NCBI RefSeq assembly: GCF_020745735.1
Contig: NC_083420.1
Location: 29,326,001-29,390,000, forward strand
Length of the DNA stretch: 64,000 bases
Direction of reading: 5' to 3'
From: Hemiscyllium ocellatum
Lineage: Eukaryota
A model generated the notes under the pieces. That model was not told where the DNA came from and made no database searches. It saw only the letters and a program-made list of their open reading frames with translations. Made by a program: the position numbers and the translations under genes. This document shows positions 35,920-48,649 of this stretch, in pieces. Numbering within the stretch: the stretch's first letter is position 1; every line of letters starts with the position of its first letter.

Positions 35920-38807
35920 GTACGTACGTAAATATTTTATTGATGAAGTTTAATGAATCTAATCATCTCCTAGCTAAGCAATGTTCTCAGTTCCAAAAAC
36001 CTTACATTCCCATAGGAAGTTTAACTCTAAACAAGTACGTGTATAATTTTCCCCACAGTCTTAATAATAATCATTTCAATTAGACAAATTACTGTTAAAA
36101 GAATAAGTTCAAATGAACATGCTGAGCAAAGAAAATGTTAAAACTCTTCTATGTATATCCTTCATAATTAAAAACAGTATGTCCTGTCACTGACAGTATT
36201 TTTGAACAAAAAAATACTATTTCCTCTGAGCTAATACCATAGTTATGATTGTTCCACACTTTAGTCGCCAATTGATGTATAGATGAAATTTGTCAAACAG
36301 TGTGTTTTTTTAATCTAAGACTTAGGTTCTTTGATTAATAAGTTCAAAATAATAGTTTTTGTTTAGACCAGTGGTATTGAATTGACTTTATTGGCTATAA
36401 TGAATGCATTCATTAAAGTTTTTCTTTGTCTTTCATACCTTTCATCTGATTACCTTACACCATTATGTTGAGTGATTTCTTAATTAGTTCAGTATACTGT
36501 GTGTGGATCTTATTCTGTTGGTTTCTTTGTTTTTTTCCAAAGGATAACAAGAGATGGAATTCTCAGATTTTAGGATAGGTTTAAATAAATGAATTTGAAT
36601 ATATTAGAATTTTATTGCAATTCATTGAAACCATAACATTTAAAAAGGAATTCAAACTTCTAGCTAAGAACTAAAAAGCATGAGATGAAAAAAATTAAAG
36701 GTTTTAAAACTTGCTGTAACAAATGACCAAAAAAGCTCCTACTTGACTGAATACTTATTTTCCTTTGTAGATAACTTTTAATTTAAACTGCATAAAGTGA
36801 CATTCGTATACTTTTCACCTATTGCATTCTCCAGAATTCCTGTTCCTTTAGCAAACCATCTCCGGTTGCTTCCAGCTTCTAATGGGTTCTTGCATCTATG
36901 TTTTGCCAAGTTGTGACTTCAAATGACTGTCTCCAGGCTCTTTTGACAGTTTCTTAAATCGACCACCAGCAGTAAAGCTGTTCCTATTATTCATCCCTGT
37001 GCCTGCTGGGTGAATGTTTTAGTCTTTTGATGGATGCTGGATGTATTTATGGAACTGGAAACCATCTTCCTCCCTTGCAGATCTGTGACAGCTTGCAAAG
37101 CCAAGCAGCCTTTGTGATTTTTGGGACACATGGATTTAAATGCTCAGCTCCTCGCTGTAGTAGAGTCTGGCATATTAGTTATAGATCTGCTTGTTTAAAA
37201 TGCAGATTGCTGCAATTGTCTCCCAAGTGTCAATACTGTGCAGCAGCTTATTAGCAAAGCAAGTTTGAGTCTTCCTTTGATCTCAAATCATTTAAATCTT
37301 CCTGTCAGGCAGAATGCAAAACAGGTCACACGACTATCATTTTTTATTCTAAATTAAAGTTACAGTTCTGAAACATAATTGGACGAACTTTAGTACTTTA
37401 ACTAGTATGTTTCTTTACTGTGAACGCCATAAAAAGGCAGTATCTGTGAGCAGAAACAGCTGTTATGTGAGAAATAAGTCCAAAGAACAGCTTCTCATAT
37501 TTTTCTGTTGGTTGTGAAGGAAACCAAGTCTGTTTGTGTGGATTGTTTTAGTCAATAATTACTTTTCATTATGTATATTGAGTTAATGAATCATTTTTGA
37601 GGCTTATAACATTTTTCATAAAATTTAGAAATTGTAAATAATGAACATTGGATTTTTGTTTCTACTCCTTTATGGCAATTTGTGTTCATTTAAGACTGTA
37701 TAAATCAGGAGTCACAGTGACAATGCTCATGATGTACATCAGGATTGTGTATCAATACATTGCTGACCCCAAAATTATGAATTTCTGTCTTAAATTTTAT
37801 AAACAGAAGATGTACACCTAAAATCCTAATCATGGGAAGCAGCTGGTGATTGGAAAGCCTTGATAGGGCTATCTAAGCCAAACCCTGAAATGCTTCCAGA
37901 TCTTGAGAATTCCTTTCATATTGCTCCTGGATTGCAAATGTTTCTTCCACTGGTTCCAGATCCAAAGCATACTGTATTCCTAGAATCTCTGTTTTTGTTA
38001 TTCTTTGCAGCCCAAACCCATTGGTCTCAGACTCCAGGAGTTCACTCTAATACTACATCCTTTAATATCCAAGTGATCAATGGAGGCTTTAATTTTCTTT
38101 GTATGGTATTAAAAATTCCCAGTGGATTTCCTAAAAAATAAGGTCAACTTTACCAATGATTGATTCTGTTATCAATGATGTATTTTCAATGTAATGTGTC
38201 TTTTGAGTCCCTGTTCTGTGTTATTTGCATTTAAAGCACTTATGCTTGTGAAGTGTTGGTTTACTATACTATAAATTTGAACATAATTAGCGTTAAAATT
38301 CTAAGTAAGTATGAATTTAACATGTTATACATACAAAATTATCCAATACAAATTGCTGACTAACCATTGTGGCTACAGTGCTGTTTTAGCCAACATACAA
38401 ACTTTAGTGGAAAACTTCATACATGTAAATGTGCATTTGCTGAACAAACCTTTCCCAAAATAGTTGCCATGTAAAGAACTGAATGATTGATTGAAAACCA
38501 TCCTGCAGCTCACCTTTCCTTTTACTAACAAATACATGTTACAGTAGATCTGTGTATGCCCCACAAAGAATTGGTATCACATATGTAATGACAGTATCAA
38601 TTCCTGATTTTTATTTACTAACCAGAAATTCATTGTACTTAATGTATTCCGTGATACTGATTTGACCAAATGCATTAGATATATTTCGTCACTTACTCTT
38701 TATAGATCTTGTTAAAATTTCCAATTCAAAGGATAGCTAATTACATTGTCAAGAAGAAAGACCTCCAAATACTGCTGTTTTTAAACTTCACTTTGTTTTC
38801 TTAACAG

Positions 38808-38979
38808 CTTGCTTCAGTTGGTCCTTACGGGACCAGTACAACAGTCTCCACCTACAACATTGCCACCAGGATTCTATCCACACATCCATGCATCATCTGC
38901 TGGATATCCCATGTATTCAACCCATCCAGTGCAGACATATATGCCGGGAATGGCTTTTTCATATAGACCAATGCGATAA
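38808..38979 (+). CDS. INTS15: INTS15 last coding exon
   Basis: LLQLVLTGPVQQSPPTTLPPGFYPHIH..YMPGMAFSYRPMR*; TTAACAG acceptor; TAA at 38977-38979. Joined CDS is 1314 nt, 437 aa, with no internal stop seen. Confidence 0.93.
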
Positions 38980-39718
38980 AGGATTGGCCATTACACTGAA
39001 TTTGATTGCATATACCTCTCTTTGGAATATAGACTTATGGATTCAAACCAATTGTGGAAAATAGTTTCAGTACCTTTTTTTTAAAACTGAAAATTTGTAC
39101 TATCAGTGAAGATAAAATGGATTGATTGAAACCTGCGCATTTATATTTCGTAAGGATATTTACCAACTTTTATTTCCAAAAGTAACACGATTGAGACTTT
39201 TTCACATTTAGGAAGCTACCACAATTTTAAAAAAGCGAAGGTTTTTAATTGTATCCATTTGTTAATTATCTGTAACTTAATATTGTTTACTTGCCTATAT
39301 TGTTAAATTGCATTGTCTACAAAACCTTTTTATAAAGGAGTGAATTAAAAAATGTTCTGTGTTCTCTTTGACTAATTCTTTGTGGATTAATCTGTATTGG
39401 TTGCTGTTGAGTGTTTCATAACTCCTGTCATTGGAGAAAGTGCATTGCTTTTTGACTATATAAATATCAATGAATTTGTCACTCTTATTTAGGAAGAAAA
39501 TAGATTGAGAGGATACATGAGTTACAATACATACTCTGATGAAAGTAGTAAGTAATGCTGTAGTTTTGGAACAAAGGAAGATTTTGGAGATGACAATTCC
39601 TGAAGACCTAATCCTTATTAATCGCAGGACTTGCACAAAATTAGCAGAATCAATTACCCCAGAAACAAGGAATGTAATGGATTTCTGAAGTAGTGTCTCT
39701 GGCATGGTTCTTTGGCAC

Positions 39719-39724
39719 AATAAA
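39719..39724 (+). terminator. Candidate INTS15 polyadenylation signal (AATAAA; alternative ATTAAA at 39344-39349)
   Basis: Canonical hexamer about 740 nt after the stop codon in an AT-rich 3' UTR. Confidence 0.45.
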
Positions 39725-40284
39725 ACAATCTAGTGAGATTGTGAAGTCTCTTAATTGAAATTTGAACCTATCCGAACATGCTACTTTCCGCAGATACTAA
39801 TGTTGGGAAAATCGCCAGCGAATAATGACCAGAGTTTATTGTACAAAGAAATACCGGAGCTCTGGGGAGTGAAAGACACCAACAGCACAGTGGTCAGCTG
39901 CGAGTCTTCTCTCAATCCAGAGCACATGTCAAAATACTTCTACACGTTTTGTAATATAATAGATCAGTGATTAGCTTCTTGTCTCTGTAACATAGTTTTT
40001 TTTTGTAACATTGCAGAACCACTGATCATTTTGGTGCGGTCATTGTCAGTTCCAGCACAGCCTTTGTTAATTTCAGTGCTGTCATTGTCAGTTTCAGTGC
40101 AGACATTGTCAATTTCAATGTCTGTGCGAAAGTCCATTGCTGTAGTAATGGGCGCAAATCGCTCCTTCCTGAGAAGGACAATTACTGCATCCCTGGCTAT
40201 TAGCACTTTGTATTGAGTCCATATCAAACTGTTAGCATTTCTATCAAAGGTGTTGGCTGGACCCAGACACTTCAGCGGGCAGTA

Positions 40285-41289
40285 CAGAGGAACCTCAATT
40301 ATCCAAATACTAATTATGCAAAAATCGGATTATCTGAAGGAGATCTCGAGGTCCCGACAGAAACATTTCATGAAAGATGTGTTTCTAAAAGTGATCGTGT
40401 CTTTTGTTTACAGTGATTAAACAGGCATAGTCTCCAAATGACTGACCTTCCGCCCCCTCTCTTCCCACACTTTCCCTGAAGTTCTACAGATGGGTGTACC
40501 CTAACCCCCCACTATTTACCCCAGATAATCTCTCCACCATTGTCCTGTATAGGGCAGAGGTGAAATCTGTCAAAAAGTTGCAGTAAAATGTTGTGTGTGT
40601 GTGTGTGTGTGTGTGTGAGTGAGCGTGTGTGTGTGTGTGTGAGTGAGCGTGCATGCGTGTGCTATTTGGAGACTTACCTCACAAAGGCAGCAGCAGTCTT
40701 GTTTGTGTACAGTCCAGCTGCCGTGGTGGGGGGTGATGTTGGACAGGGGCGTGTTGGACCACGATGGGGGGGTGGGGGGGGGGATGGTGTTGGACAGGGT
40801 TGGGGGGCAGTGTCTGTATTAGACAGGGCTGGGGTGCGGAGGGCAGTGTTGGTGTTGGGTGGGGTTGGGGGTGACGGAGGGTGGTGTTGGACGGGGTTGG
40901 GGGGCAGTGTTGGACTGGTGCGGGGGCCAGGGGCAGTGTTGGACAGGGCTGGGGAGTGGGGGTGGTGTTGGAAGGGGTTGGTGGCGGGGGCAGGGGTCGG
41001 TGTTGACGCGCTTGGAGGATGATTTTGGACAGTTCTGTGTCACGGGATGGTTTTGGAATGGGTTTGGGGGCAGGGGATGGTGTTGGAAGGGGTTTGGGGG
41101 CAGGACAGGGAGGTGGTGTTGGGAGCGGGGCTTCGCGCACTGTGTGCTGCTGTAGTCTCCTGAATGGGGAGTAGACTTTAAAAACTCAGAGAGCCAGAGG
41201 AAAGGCATTTAATTGATTAACCGAATAATCGATTATCCTGAATGAAATACTGCTCCGCCTATCTCATTCGGATAATCGAGGTTCCCCTG
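40285..41289. mobile_element. Non-autonomous Tc1/mariner (Tigger/pogo-like) DNA element containing a (GT)n and a G-rich repeat
   Basis: TIRs TA|CAGAGGAACCTCAATTATCC ... GGATAATCGAGGTTCCCCTG; subterminal GATTATC repeats. Confidence 0.8.
40592..41130. repeat. (GT)n microsatellite followed by a G-rich degenerate minisatellite (GGTGTTGGACAGGGNTGGGG-like units)
   Basis: Directly visible. Confidence 0.9.
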
Positions 41290-42924
41290 GATATGGTACT
41301 CGTGTATTCTTTGCCCCACCCGCCTTAAATTAATCAACTAGAGTGTGAATGCATTCTGGTGGCCTCAAGCAGTGTCTGTATTTGCCCTGTTGTGTCTCTC
41401 TGTATTGTGGTCTGGCGGCCATCTTGTGTGTCCATGTGCCTAGTGTCACCCAACCCCAGGCCATCTCCCACTTCACTAGGCAATTTTTAATTTATACTCA
41501 TGATTTCTGAAAAGCAATTGAAACTAGAAAAACACATCTCTAGTGTAGTTTTGATTATCACATCAGGTGTTAGCAGGTTACCTAATTATTTAAAGAATTG
41601 TTCAGCTGTTTCATAATCAATTACTTCAAATGCTGAAATGCCAATTAGATCAAAAATACTATTAAACTTTTAATTTCATCATTGCGAATGCAACCAGTTT
41701 TGAAGACATCTGTTTTTAAAAATTCTAACTAAACAAATACCAACTGAGTAAGTGTGAAATATGTTAAATAGTGTTAGTGGGAATGAAATAAAGCTCTGTC
41801 CAAATAAAGCTGCAGTTTCTGTCTTTCAGTCACACAACTAAATTACACCAACTTTTATGGATTATCAATTACTTTGCTCAGTGCTGTCACTTCATTTTGA
41901 CCAGCATCTTTCCACCTGTAAAAGAGGTTGGACAAGTGGTAAACAGATCAATTTCAAATGAGTTCACTTGGCACACTTTTGCTAATGACTGAGAAGACCA
42001 ATCTCTGGTTCTGCCTCTGGTGCTGCTGCACATGGAGCATAGTAATGTTGATTTTTTTTTGTCATGGGCACTTTCCATGGTATTGGTCAGTGCGGTGGTG
42101 CTCGCCAGCCTAGACTAAGTGTTGACTTTTTCTTCTGACATTAACTTTTAACTTTTGTATGTCGCAATTGATATCTAGGGACTTCGTGTCAAGCATCCTT
42201 GAAGGGAAGCTTTGTGTGTTTTACTGGCTGTTTGGCTCCAGCTATATTACCACACACAGTCCATGGGTATACAAATACCTTCCAACTTGTGGACATCCTC
42301 AAACCACCAAAGTGGCCTCAGTAGATGAATGCTAACAGATTTAAGACTACTGCCTTTGAGATGGCTACCATATTCATGTTCTTACAAAGTGTATCCACTA
42401 TGCAAAACAGGCACAATAGGTAAAAATTGTTGAGCTGCTTTTGATAACAGAAAGTCACCAATGTTTCACGATCATAAGGTGAGGTGCTGACCTCGAGCCT
42501 TACAGGCTATCACTTTGGTTCTAATCGTAAACATGATGTTATTTTCATTCATGTTTTAAATCAACTAAAGATGGTAGCCACCTTTCTGATACGTGTATCA
42601 GGCAACAGATTATATGTCATGAATTAATTTAGAAGGACCTCCTAACCACTTCCAAACACTTGGTGTGATCGGGCCAAAGGTGCAACAAAATTCTCAGGGT
42701 AATTTTTTTTATGCTTATAGTAAGGGAAAACAGGTTTAGGAATGGGAGAAACAGTCTGTCAACCTTTTGTATCTGAGTTTTGTGTGTGACTAGCAAAGCC
42801 TCATCTGTGTTACAAGTCACACTTTGTTTTTGCTTTAATTCCTGATAGATTGGAAATACTGATGTCTGACCAATTTGCTCTTCTTTTACAGTTAGTGTAC
42901 GAAAAGATCAGGTCTGCTTGTCTT

Positions 42925-43285
42925 CAAGTAGATGAACTAGACAAGGTAGATGCAGGAATGAGATTCCAGATGCAGGGGGAGTCCAGAATCAAGGATCAGT
43001 CTGAGGATAAAGGGTAAACTATTTATGACTGAGATGAAAAATTTCTTCACCCAGATGAGGAGGGGTGAGCCTGTGAAATTCATGATCACAGAAAGCAGTT
43101 GAGGTCAAAAGATTATATGATTTCAAGGAGATGGATATGACACTTGGGACTAAGGGAATGTAGGGGAAAGACAGGAACAAGCTATTTCGGTAGATGATCA
43201 GGAAGGATCCTAATAAATGACAGAGTAAGCTCGAAGGGCCAAATGGATGAATCCAGCTCCTTGTTCTATGTTCATATGTCCTACG
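42925..43285 (+). mobile_element. CR1 LINE 3' fragment (diverged)
   Basis: GGTAGATGCAGG..GGGGAGTCCAGAA..GAGATGAAAAATTTCTTCACCCAG..GAAGGGCCAAATGG tail. Confidence 0.75.
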
Positions 43286-44169
43286 TTCTTTAAGTGTGTC
43301 CCCAGCAACGGGCTACTGCAAGGTACTAAAGAGTGAGATCCCCTAGTAGTAATTACATGGACTGAAATGGTTTTAAAATGGGATCAAAATCACTGACTTA
43401 AACCAACCATACGCATTATCTGCATGTGTGAGTAAATTTCCTGAAAAGAAGGTGGATTAGACAAGACAGTTGAGCTGAAATTAACATTTTTATCCAAAGG
43501 TAATGAAACACCTTCAGGAGAGATGCAAGAAGACCCTAATCTTCTTTCATGATTAAATCTCTAGAGAAATGTTAATATATTGGAGATGAAACCTTGCCTA
43601 CGATTAAACATCAATTTCCCAGAGATCTCCTCCCTCCCTCTCGAGGGGCAGAGAGAAAGGAAAACCGGTGACAACATTGACAGAGAAGAAAGATAAGGAA
43701 ATCCCATAATTTAAAAGATAACAATAATATTCTCCCATGCTGATGGTCCTGGCAAACAGACAAACTATGATCGACATTAAAACCTTTTCCTTAATGACCC
43801 CCAACGTAAATGAAATAACAATACTAATTTGTCTTCCTTCCATACGGAGTACTAGCCCTTTTAGTTTGTATTTGGGCATGTGAGAAACTGACAGGAGCCT
43901 GAGCTTGTGTCTCTAATACTTTTTTCATAGGAAATAAACATATTTAGCAACATTTAAATCCAACCCAGCTAATTGATATCCTGTCTGCTCTCAATCATCA
44001 GCAAAGCAATGCATGGGGTGGTCAACAGTTTACCAGGCAGCACTGGATTTGTTTTGTTTGTAACAGGGCCACTCAGCTCCTGACCTTGTTACAGCCTTGG
44101 TCCAAATACGGACAAAAGTATTGAACTCTCAAAGTGAAGTGAGAGTGACTGCCTTTGATTGAAGGCTAG

Positions 44170-45345
44170 AGACAAAAAAAAACTGCAGATGCTGGAATCC
44201 AAAATAGACAGGCAGGAGGCTGGAACAACACATCAAGCTAGGCAACATCAGGAGGTGGAGACGTTGACGTTTTGGGTGTAACCCTTCTTCAGGACGGGGA
44301 GTGGATGTAGGGGATCTGCAGAAAAGGTGTGGGGGGGGGGAAGGCAGGGTGGTGAAGTGGGGATAGGTGAAGATAGGTAGAGGGTGCTACCTGGTTGGTC
44401 AGTAGGAGGCATCAATCCGGTTGGTGTCAGGGAGGGATTGAATGGATGGGGAAGGGCTGAGGAGGCGGTCATGGGATAAGAAGGGAGGTTATTTGAAATT
44501 GGAGAACTCAACGTTCAGTCCTTTGAGCTGTAGGTTGCCCAGGTAGAAGATGAAGATTTTAAATTAGATTTGATTACTTAGATTCGATTACTTAGTGTGG
44601 AAACAGGCCCTTTGCCTGTGTGCAGGCTGCTGACTCACTGCAGTTATCAATGTAATGGCAGAAGAGTTGGGGCACAGTGCCTGTGTTGGTACTGAAGAGG
44701 GACTGTTCAATATATCTAACAAAGAGGCAAGCATGGCTGGGGCCCATCCAGGTGCCCTTGACCACCCCCTTGATTTGGAGGCAATGGGAAGAGTTAAAGG
44801 AAAATTTGTTGAGGGTGAGGACCGGTTTGGCAAGGCAGAGGAGGGTATTACTGGAGAGGGACTGGATGAGTCTGTTGGAGAGAAAGAAGTGGAGGACCTG
44901 GAGGCCATTCATGTGGGGTACGGATGTGTATGAGGACTGCACTTGCATAGTGAAGACAAAGCACTGGGGGCCGGGGAACTTGAAGTTGCTAAAGAGATGG
45001 AGAGCATAGTTGGTGTCGCGGACGTAGGTGGGGAGTGCCTGAACTAAGGAGGAGAGGATGGAGTCGAGGTAGGATGAAGATGAGTTCTGTAGGGCAGGAG
45101 CATGCCGAGATAATGGGTCGGTCACAATAGTTGGGCTTGTGGACTCAGTGGAGTGCTGCACGTTAGGAGGGGGGTGAGGTTGGAGTGGTTGAGGAAAAAT
45201 TGAGGTGGCCGATGTCACTTTGGCAGTCTGCAATGAAGAGGTCAGGAATGGGTACAAGGCTGACAGGTGGTGACCAAGTGGACGAGGAAGGTTGGAGTCA
45301 GGAGAAGGGGACCTCAGAGGGAGGCTGGGAGTTTTTTTCAAAGGA
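44170..45345 (-). mobile_element. Penelope-like retroelement fragment (RT plus 3' UTR with decayed hammerhead)
   Basis: ORF 44592-45341 reads YLDSILSSLVQALPTYVRDT..FTMQVQSSYTSVPH..QIKGVVKGTWMGPS..HYIDNC. The 3' end carries CTGAAGAAGGGTTACACCCAAAACGTC (reverse complement of ~44266-44292). Interrupted by an HE1 tail at ~44564-44614. Confidence 0.88.
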
Positions 45346-45393
45346 GGCCAGCTCCCAATGCATTATCTTCACTATGAATGTGCAGTCCTTATG

Positions 45394-45561
45394 CAGTAGA
45401 ACCTCGATTATATGGCATTCAGTTATCCAAATTTCATATTATCCGCACAAGATCACAATGCTTGGCTAAACTGTGTTATCCGGCATTTGATTATCTGAAT
45501 ATTTGATTAACCGAACAAAATACTCCCCGCCTGAGGCGCTCGGATAATTGAGGTTCCTCTC
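45394..45561. mobile_element. Tigger/pogo-like MITE (same TIR family as 40285-41289)
   Basis: CAGTAGAACCTCGATTAT ... ATAATTGAGGTTCCTCTC|TA. Confidence 0.75.
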
Positions 45562-47005
45562 TACACATCCACAAGGATGGCCTCCAGGCCCTCACTGCTT
45601 CACCTCCAACAGACCTATCCAGTTCCCCTTCACCAATACCCTCCTCCGCCTCACTGAACTGGTCCTCACTCTTGACGATGTCTCCTTTAACTCCTCCCAT
45701 TTCCTCTAAATCAAGGGGATGGCTATGGGCACCTGGATGGGACCCAGCTATGCTTGCCTCTTTGTTGGGTGTATCGAACAGTCCCTCTTCAGTACCTACA
45801 CAGGCACTGTGCCCCAACTTTTCTACCGTTACATCGATGACTGCATTGGTGCAGCATCCTGCATCCAGGCTGAACTGGAGCAATTCACTGATTTCACCCA
45901 CATCTTCTGCCCTGCCCTCAAATTCACTTGCTCCATCTCGGACATCTCCCTCCCCTTCCTTGACTTCACCATTTCCTTGGACGCTGACACATTCCACTCA
46001 TGATATTCCAGATGTCCACTTATTTTGAGCAAAGTGCTTTTCCTCCCTCCTGTCATTCAGACAGCCCTCCATTCCCCGTCCCACTGCTCTAATTCCCCCC
46101 TCCCAACGCAATTAAGACAGTCACCCTTGTCCTCACCTACTATTTCACTAGACTCCGCATCCAACACATCATCCTTAAACACTTCCACTAACTCCCACTT
46201 GACCCCATCACCAAGAACAACTTCCCCTCCCCACCTCTGTCTGCCTTTCGCAAAGACCATTCCCTTTGTCAGTCCTTGGTTTGTACCACTCTCCCACTGA
46301 CCCCTCCGACCTCCCAGGTACCTTCCCCTGCAACCAGAAAAGATGCAGAAAATGCCAGTACACCACCCTCCTCAGCTCCATTCAGGACCCCAAACAGTCC
46401 TTCCAGGTGAGACAGAGGTTCAGCTGCCTCTCTTCTAACCTAGTTTACTGCATCAGATGCTTCCAATGTGATCTTCTCTACATAGGGGAGACTGAGTGTA
46501 AATTTAGGGAATGGTTCACTGAGCATCGCAGTCTGGTCTGGAGGGGCTGACCAGACCTCCCAGTCACCGCCCATTGTAATTCACCTTCCCACTCCCTTTC
46601 TGAAATAACCATTCTTGGCCTCCTTCATTGCTGCAATTAAGTACACCGCAAATTGGAGGAACAACACCTCATCTTCCACCTGGTCAGCTTACAGACCGGA
46701 GGATTCAGCATTGAGTTCTCCAATTTCAAATAACCTCCATTCCCTTCCCCGACTCCCTTCCCAGCCCTTCCCCCTCCCTTCCACTCCTCCCTGCTACCAA
46801 CCGAATTCCTTCCATTGACCAACCAGGTCATAACCTCTATCTGTTTTCGCCTATCCCCACTTCACCACCCTGACCCTGCCACCCTCTTTAGCTGCAGCTC
46901 TCCCTATGCCCACCCCAATCCTGAAGAAGGGTTACAGCCGAAACATCAACTTCTCCACCTCTTGATGATGCTTGGCTTGCTGTGTTCTTCCAGCCTTCTG
47001 CTTGG
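45562..47005 (+). mobile_element. Penelope-like retroelement (RT, GIY-YIG endonuclease, 3' UTR hammerhead), frameshifted
   Basis: MAMGTWMGPSYACLFVG..FYRYIDDCIG..LPFLD; CNQKRCRKC..NLVYCIRCFQCDLLYIGET..FREWFTEH (GIY-YIG with the Cys motif); CTGAAGAAGGGTTACAGCCGAAACATC at 46921-46947. Confidence 0.92.
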
Positions 47006-47815
47006 CAGATGACACCACAATTGGAGATGTAATGGACAGCGAAGAAGGTTACCTCGGATTCCAGCAGGATCTTGAGCAGATGGGCCAATGAGCTGAGAAG
47101 TGGCAGATGGAGATTAATTCAGATAAATGGGAGGTGCTGCATTTTGGGAAAGCAAATCTTAGCAGAACTTATACACTTAATGGTAAGGTCGAGTGTTGCT
47201 GAACAAAAAGACCTTGGAGTCCAGATTCATAGCTCCTTGAAAGTGGAGTCGCAGGTAGATTGGTTAGTGCAGGAGGCATTGGTATGCTTTATTGGTCAGA
47301 GTATTGAGTACAGGAGTTGGGACGTCATGTTGTGGCTGTACAGGACATTGGTTAGGCCACTGTTGGAATATTGCGTGCAATTCTGGTCTGCTGCCTATTG
47401 GAAAGATTTTGTGAAACTTGAAAGGTTCAGAAAAGATTTACAAGGATGTTGCCAGGATTGGAGGATTTGAGCTATGGGGAGAGGCTAAACAGTCTAGGGT
47501 GGTTTTCCCTGGAGCGTTGGAGGCTGAGGGGTGACCTTATAGAGGTTTACAAAATCATGAGGGGCATGGATAGGATAAATAGACAAAAGTTTTTTTTCCC
47601 AGGGGTGGGGGAGTCCTGAACTAGAGGGCATAGATTTAGGGTGAGAGGGGAAAGATATAAAAGGGAGCTAAGGGGCAACTTCTTCATGCAGAGGGTGGTA
47701 TGTGTGTGGAATGAGCTGCCAGAGGATGTGGTGGAGGCTGGTTTAATTGCAACATTTAAGAGGCATTTGGATAGGTATATGAATAGGAAGGTTTTGGAGG
47801 GATATGGACCAGGTG
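47006..47815 (+). mobile_element. CR1 LINE 3' ORF2 fragment
   Basis: ADDT.. through LYRTLVRPLLEYCVQFWS.. and FFMQRVVCVWNELPEDVVEAG; same family as 13791-15430. Confidence 0.92.
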
Positions 47816-47824
47816 GTATGATTG

Positions 47825-47951
47825 CTGATGAAGGGCTCTGGCCCGAAACATCGAATTTCCTGTTCCTTGGATGCTGCCTGACCTGCTGTGCTTTAACCAG
47901 CAGCACATTTTCGGCTCTGATCTCCAGCATCTGCAGACCTCACCTTTTACT
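47825..47951 (+). mobile_element. Penelope-derived hammerhead mini-element
   Basis: Starts exactly at CTGATGAAGGGCTCTGGCCCGAAACATC and ends ..CTGCAGACCTCACCTTTTACT; imperfect flanking repeat GGTATGATT/GGTATTATT. Confidence 0.88.
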
Positions 47952-47983
47952 CGAAGGTATTATTACTAGACCATTAATACAGA

Positions 47984-48116
47984 AAGTAAAAAGTGAGGTC
48001 TACAGATGCTGGACATCAGAGCTGAAAATGTGTTGCTGGTTAAAGCACAGCAGGTCAGGCAGCATCCGAGGAAAAGGAAATTCGACGTTTTGGGCCAGAG
48101 CCCTTCATCAGGAAAT
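47984..48116 (-). mobile_element. Penelope-derived hammerhead mini-element (inverted relative to 47825 copy)
   Basis: Reverse complement reads TTCCTGATGAAGGGCTCTGGCCCAAAACGTC...; 12-bp TSD CATTAATACAGA at 47972-47983 and 48117-48128. Confidence 0.9.
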
Positions 48117-48425
48117 CATTAATACAGAGACCTGGGTAATGTCATGAGAATCTGGGTTTGAATCCTGCCACAACCAATGGTTAACTTTGAATTCAATAAA
48201 AAAATCTGGAATTAAGAGTCAAATGATGACCATGAATCAATTGTGAATTGTTAGAAAATCCCATCTGGTTCACTAATGTCCTTTCGGGAGGGAAACCACC
48301 ATCCTTACCTGGTCTGGCCTACATATGACTCCAGACCCACAGCAACATGTTGACTCTTAAACTGCCCTTTGGGCAATAATTGCAGGCATAGCCAGCGATG
48401 CCCTACTCTCATGAATGAATTTTAA
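48117..48425 (+). mobile_element. tRNA-derived SINE, second family (head disrupted by the two mini-elements)
   Basis: B box GGGTTTGAATCC; core CCATCTGGTTCACTAATGTCCTTT..CTGGTCTGGCCTACATATGACTCCAGACCCACAGCAA; ATGAATGAAT tail. Confidence 0.8.
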
Positions 48426-48649
48426 AAATTGCTTCACCTGGAAGCCATGTCTGGGGCCTTGGATAGTGAGGAGGGAGGAAGTAAATGTGCAGATGTTAAG
48501 CTTTCTACAATTGCATGGGTAGGTGTTCCTGGAGTGAATGGTCCTTGCAGAAGGCCAACAAGAAGGGCAGCAAAATATGTGCCTTGTGGTCTTCTTGTGC
48601 TGGAGATGGTGGATTTGGCAGCTAATGATCCTTTGGATGTGAATGCTCA

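Noticed and set aside
40588-41208. Gly-rich and Pro-rich ORFs
   Set aside because: Products of low-complexity G-rich repeats inside a MITE.
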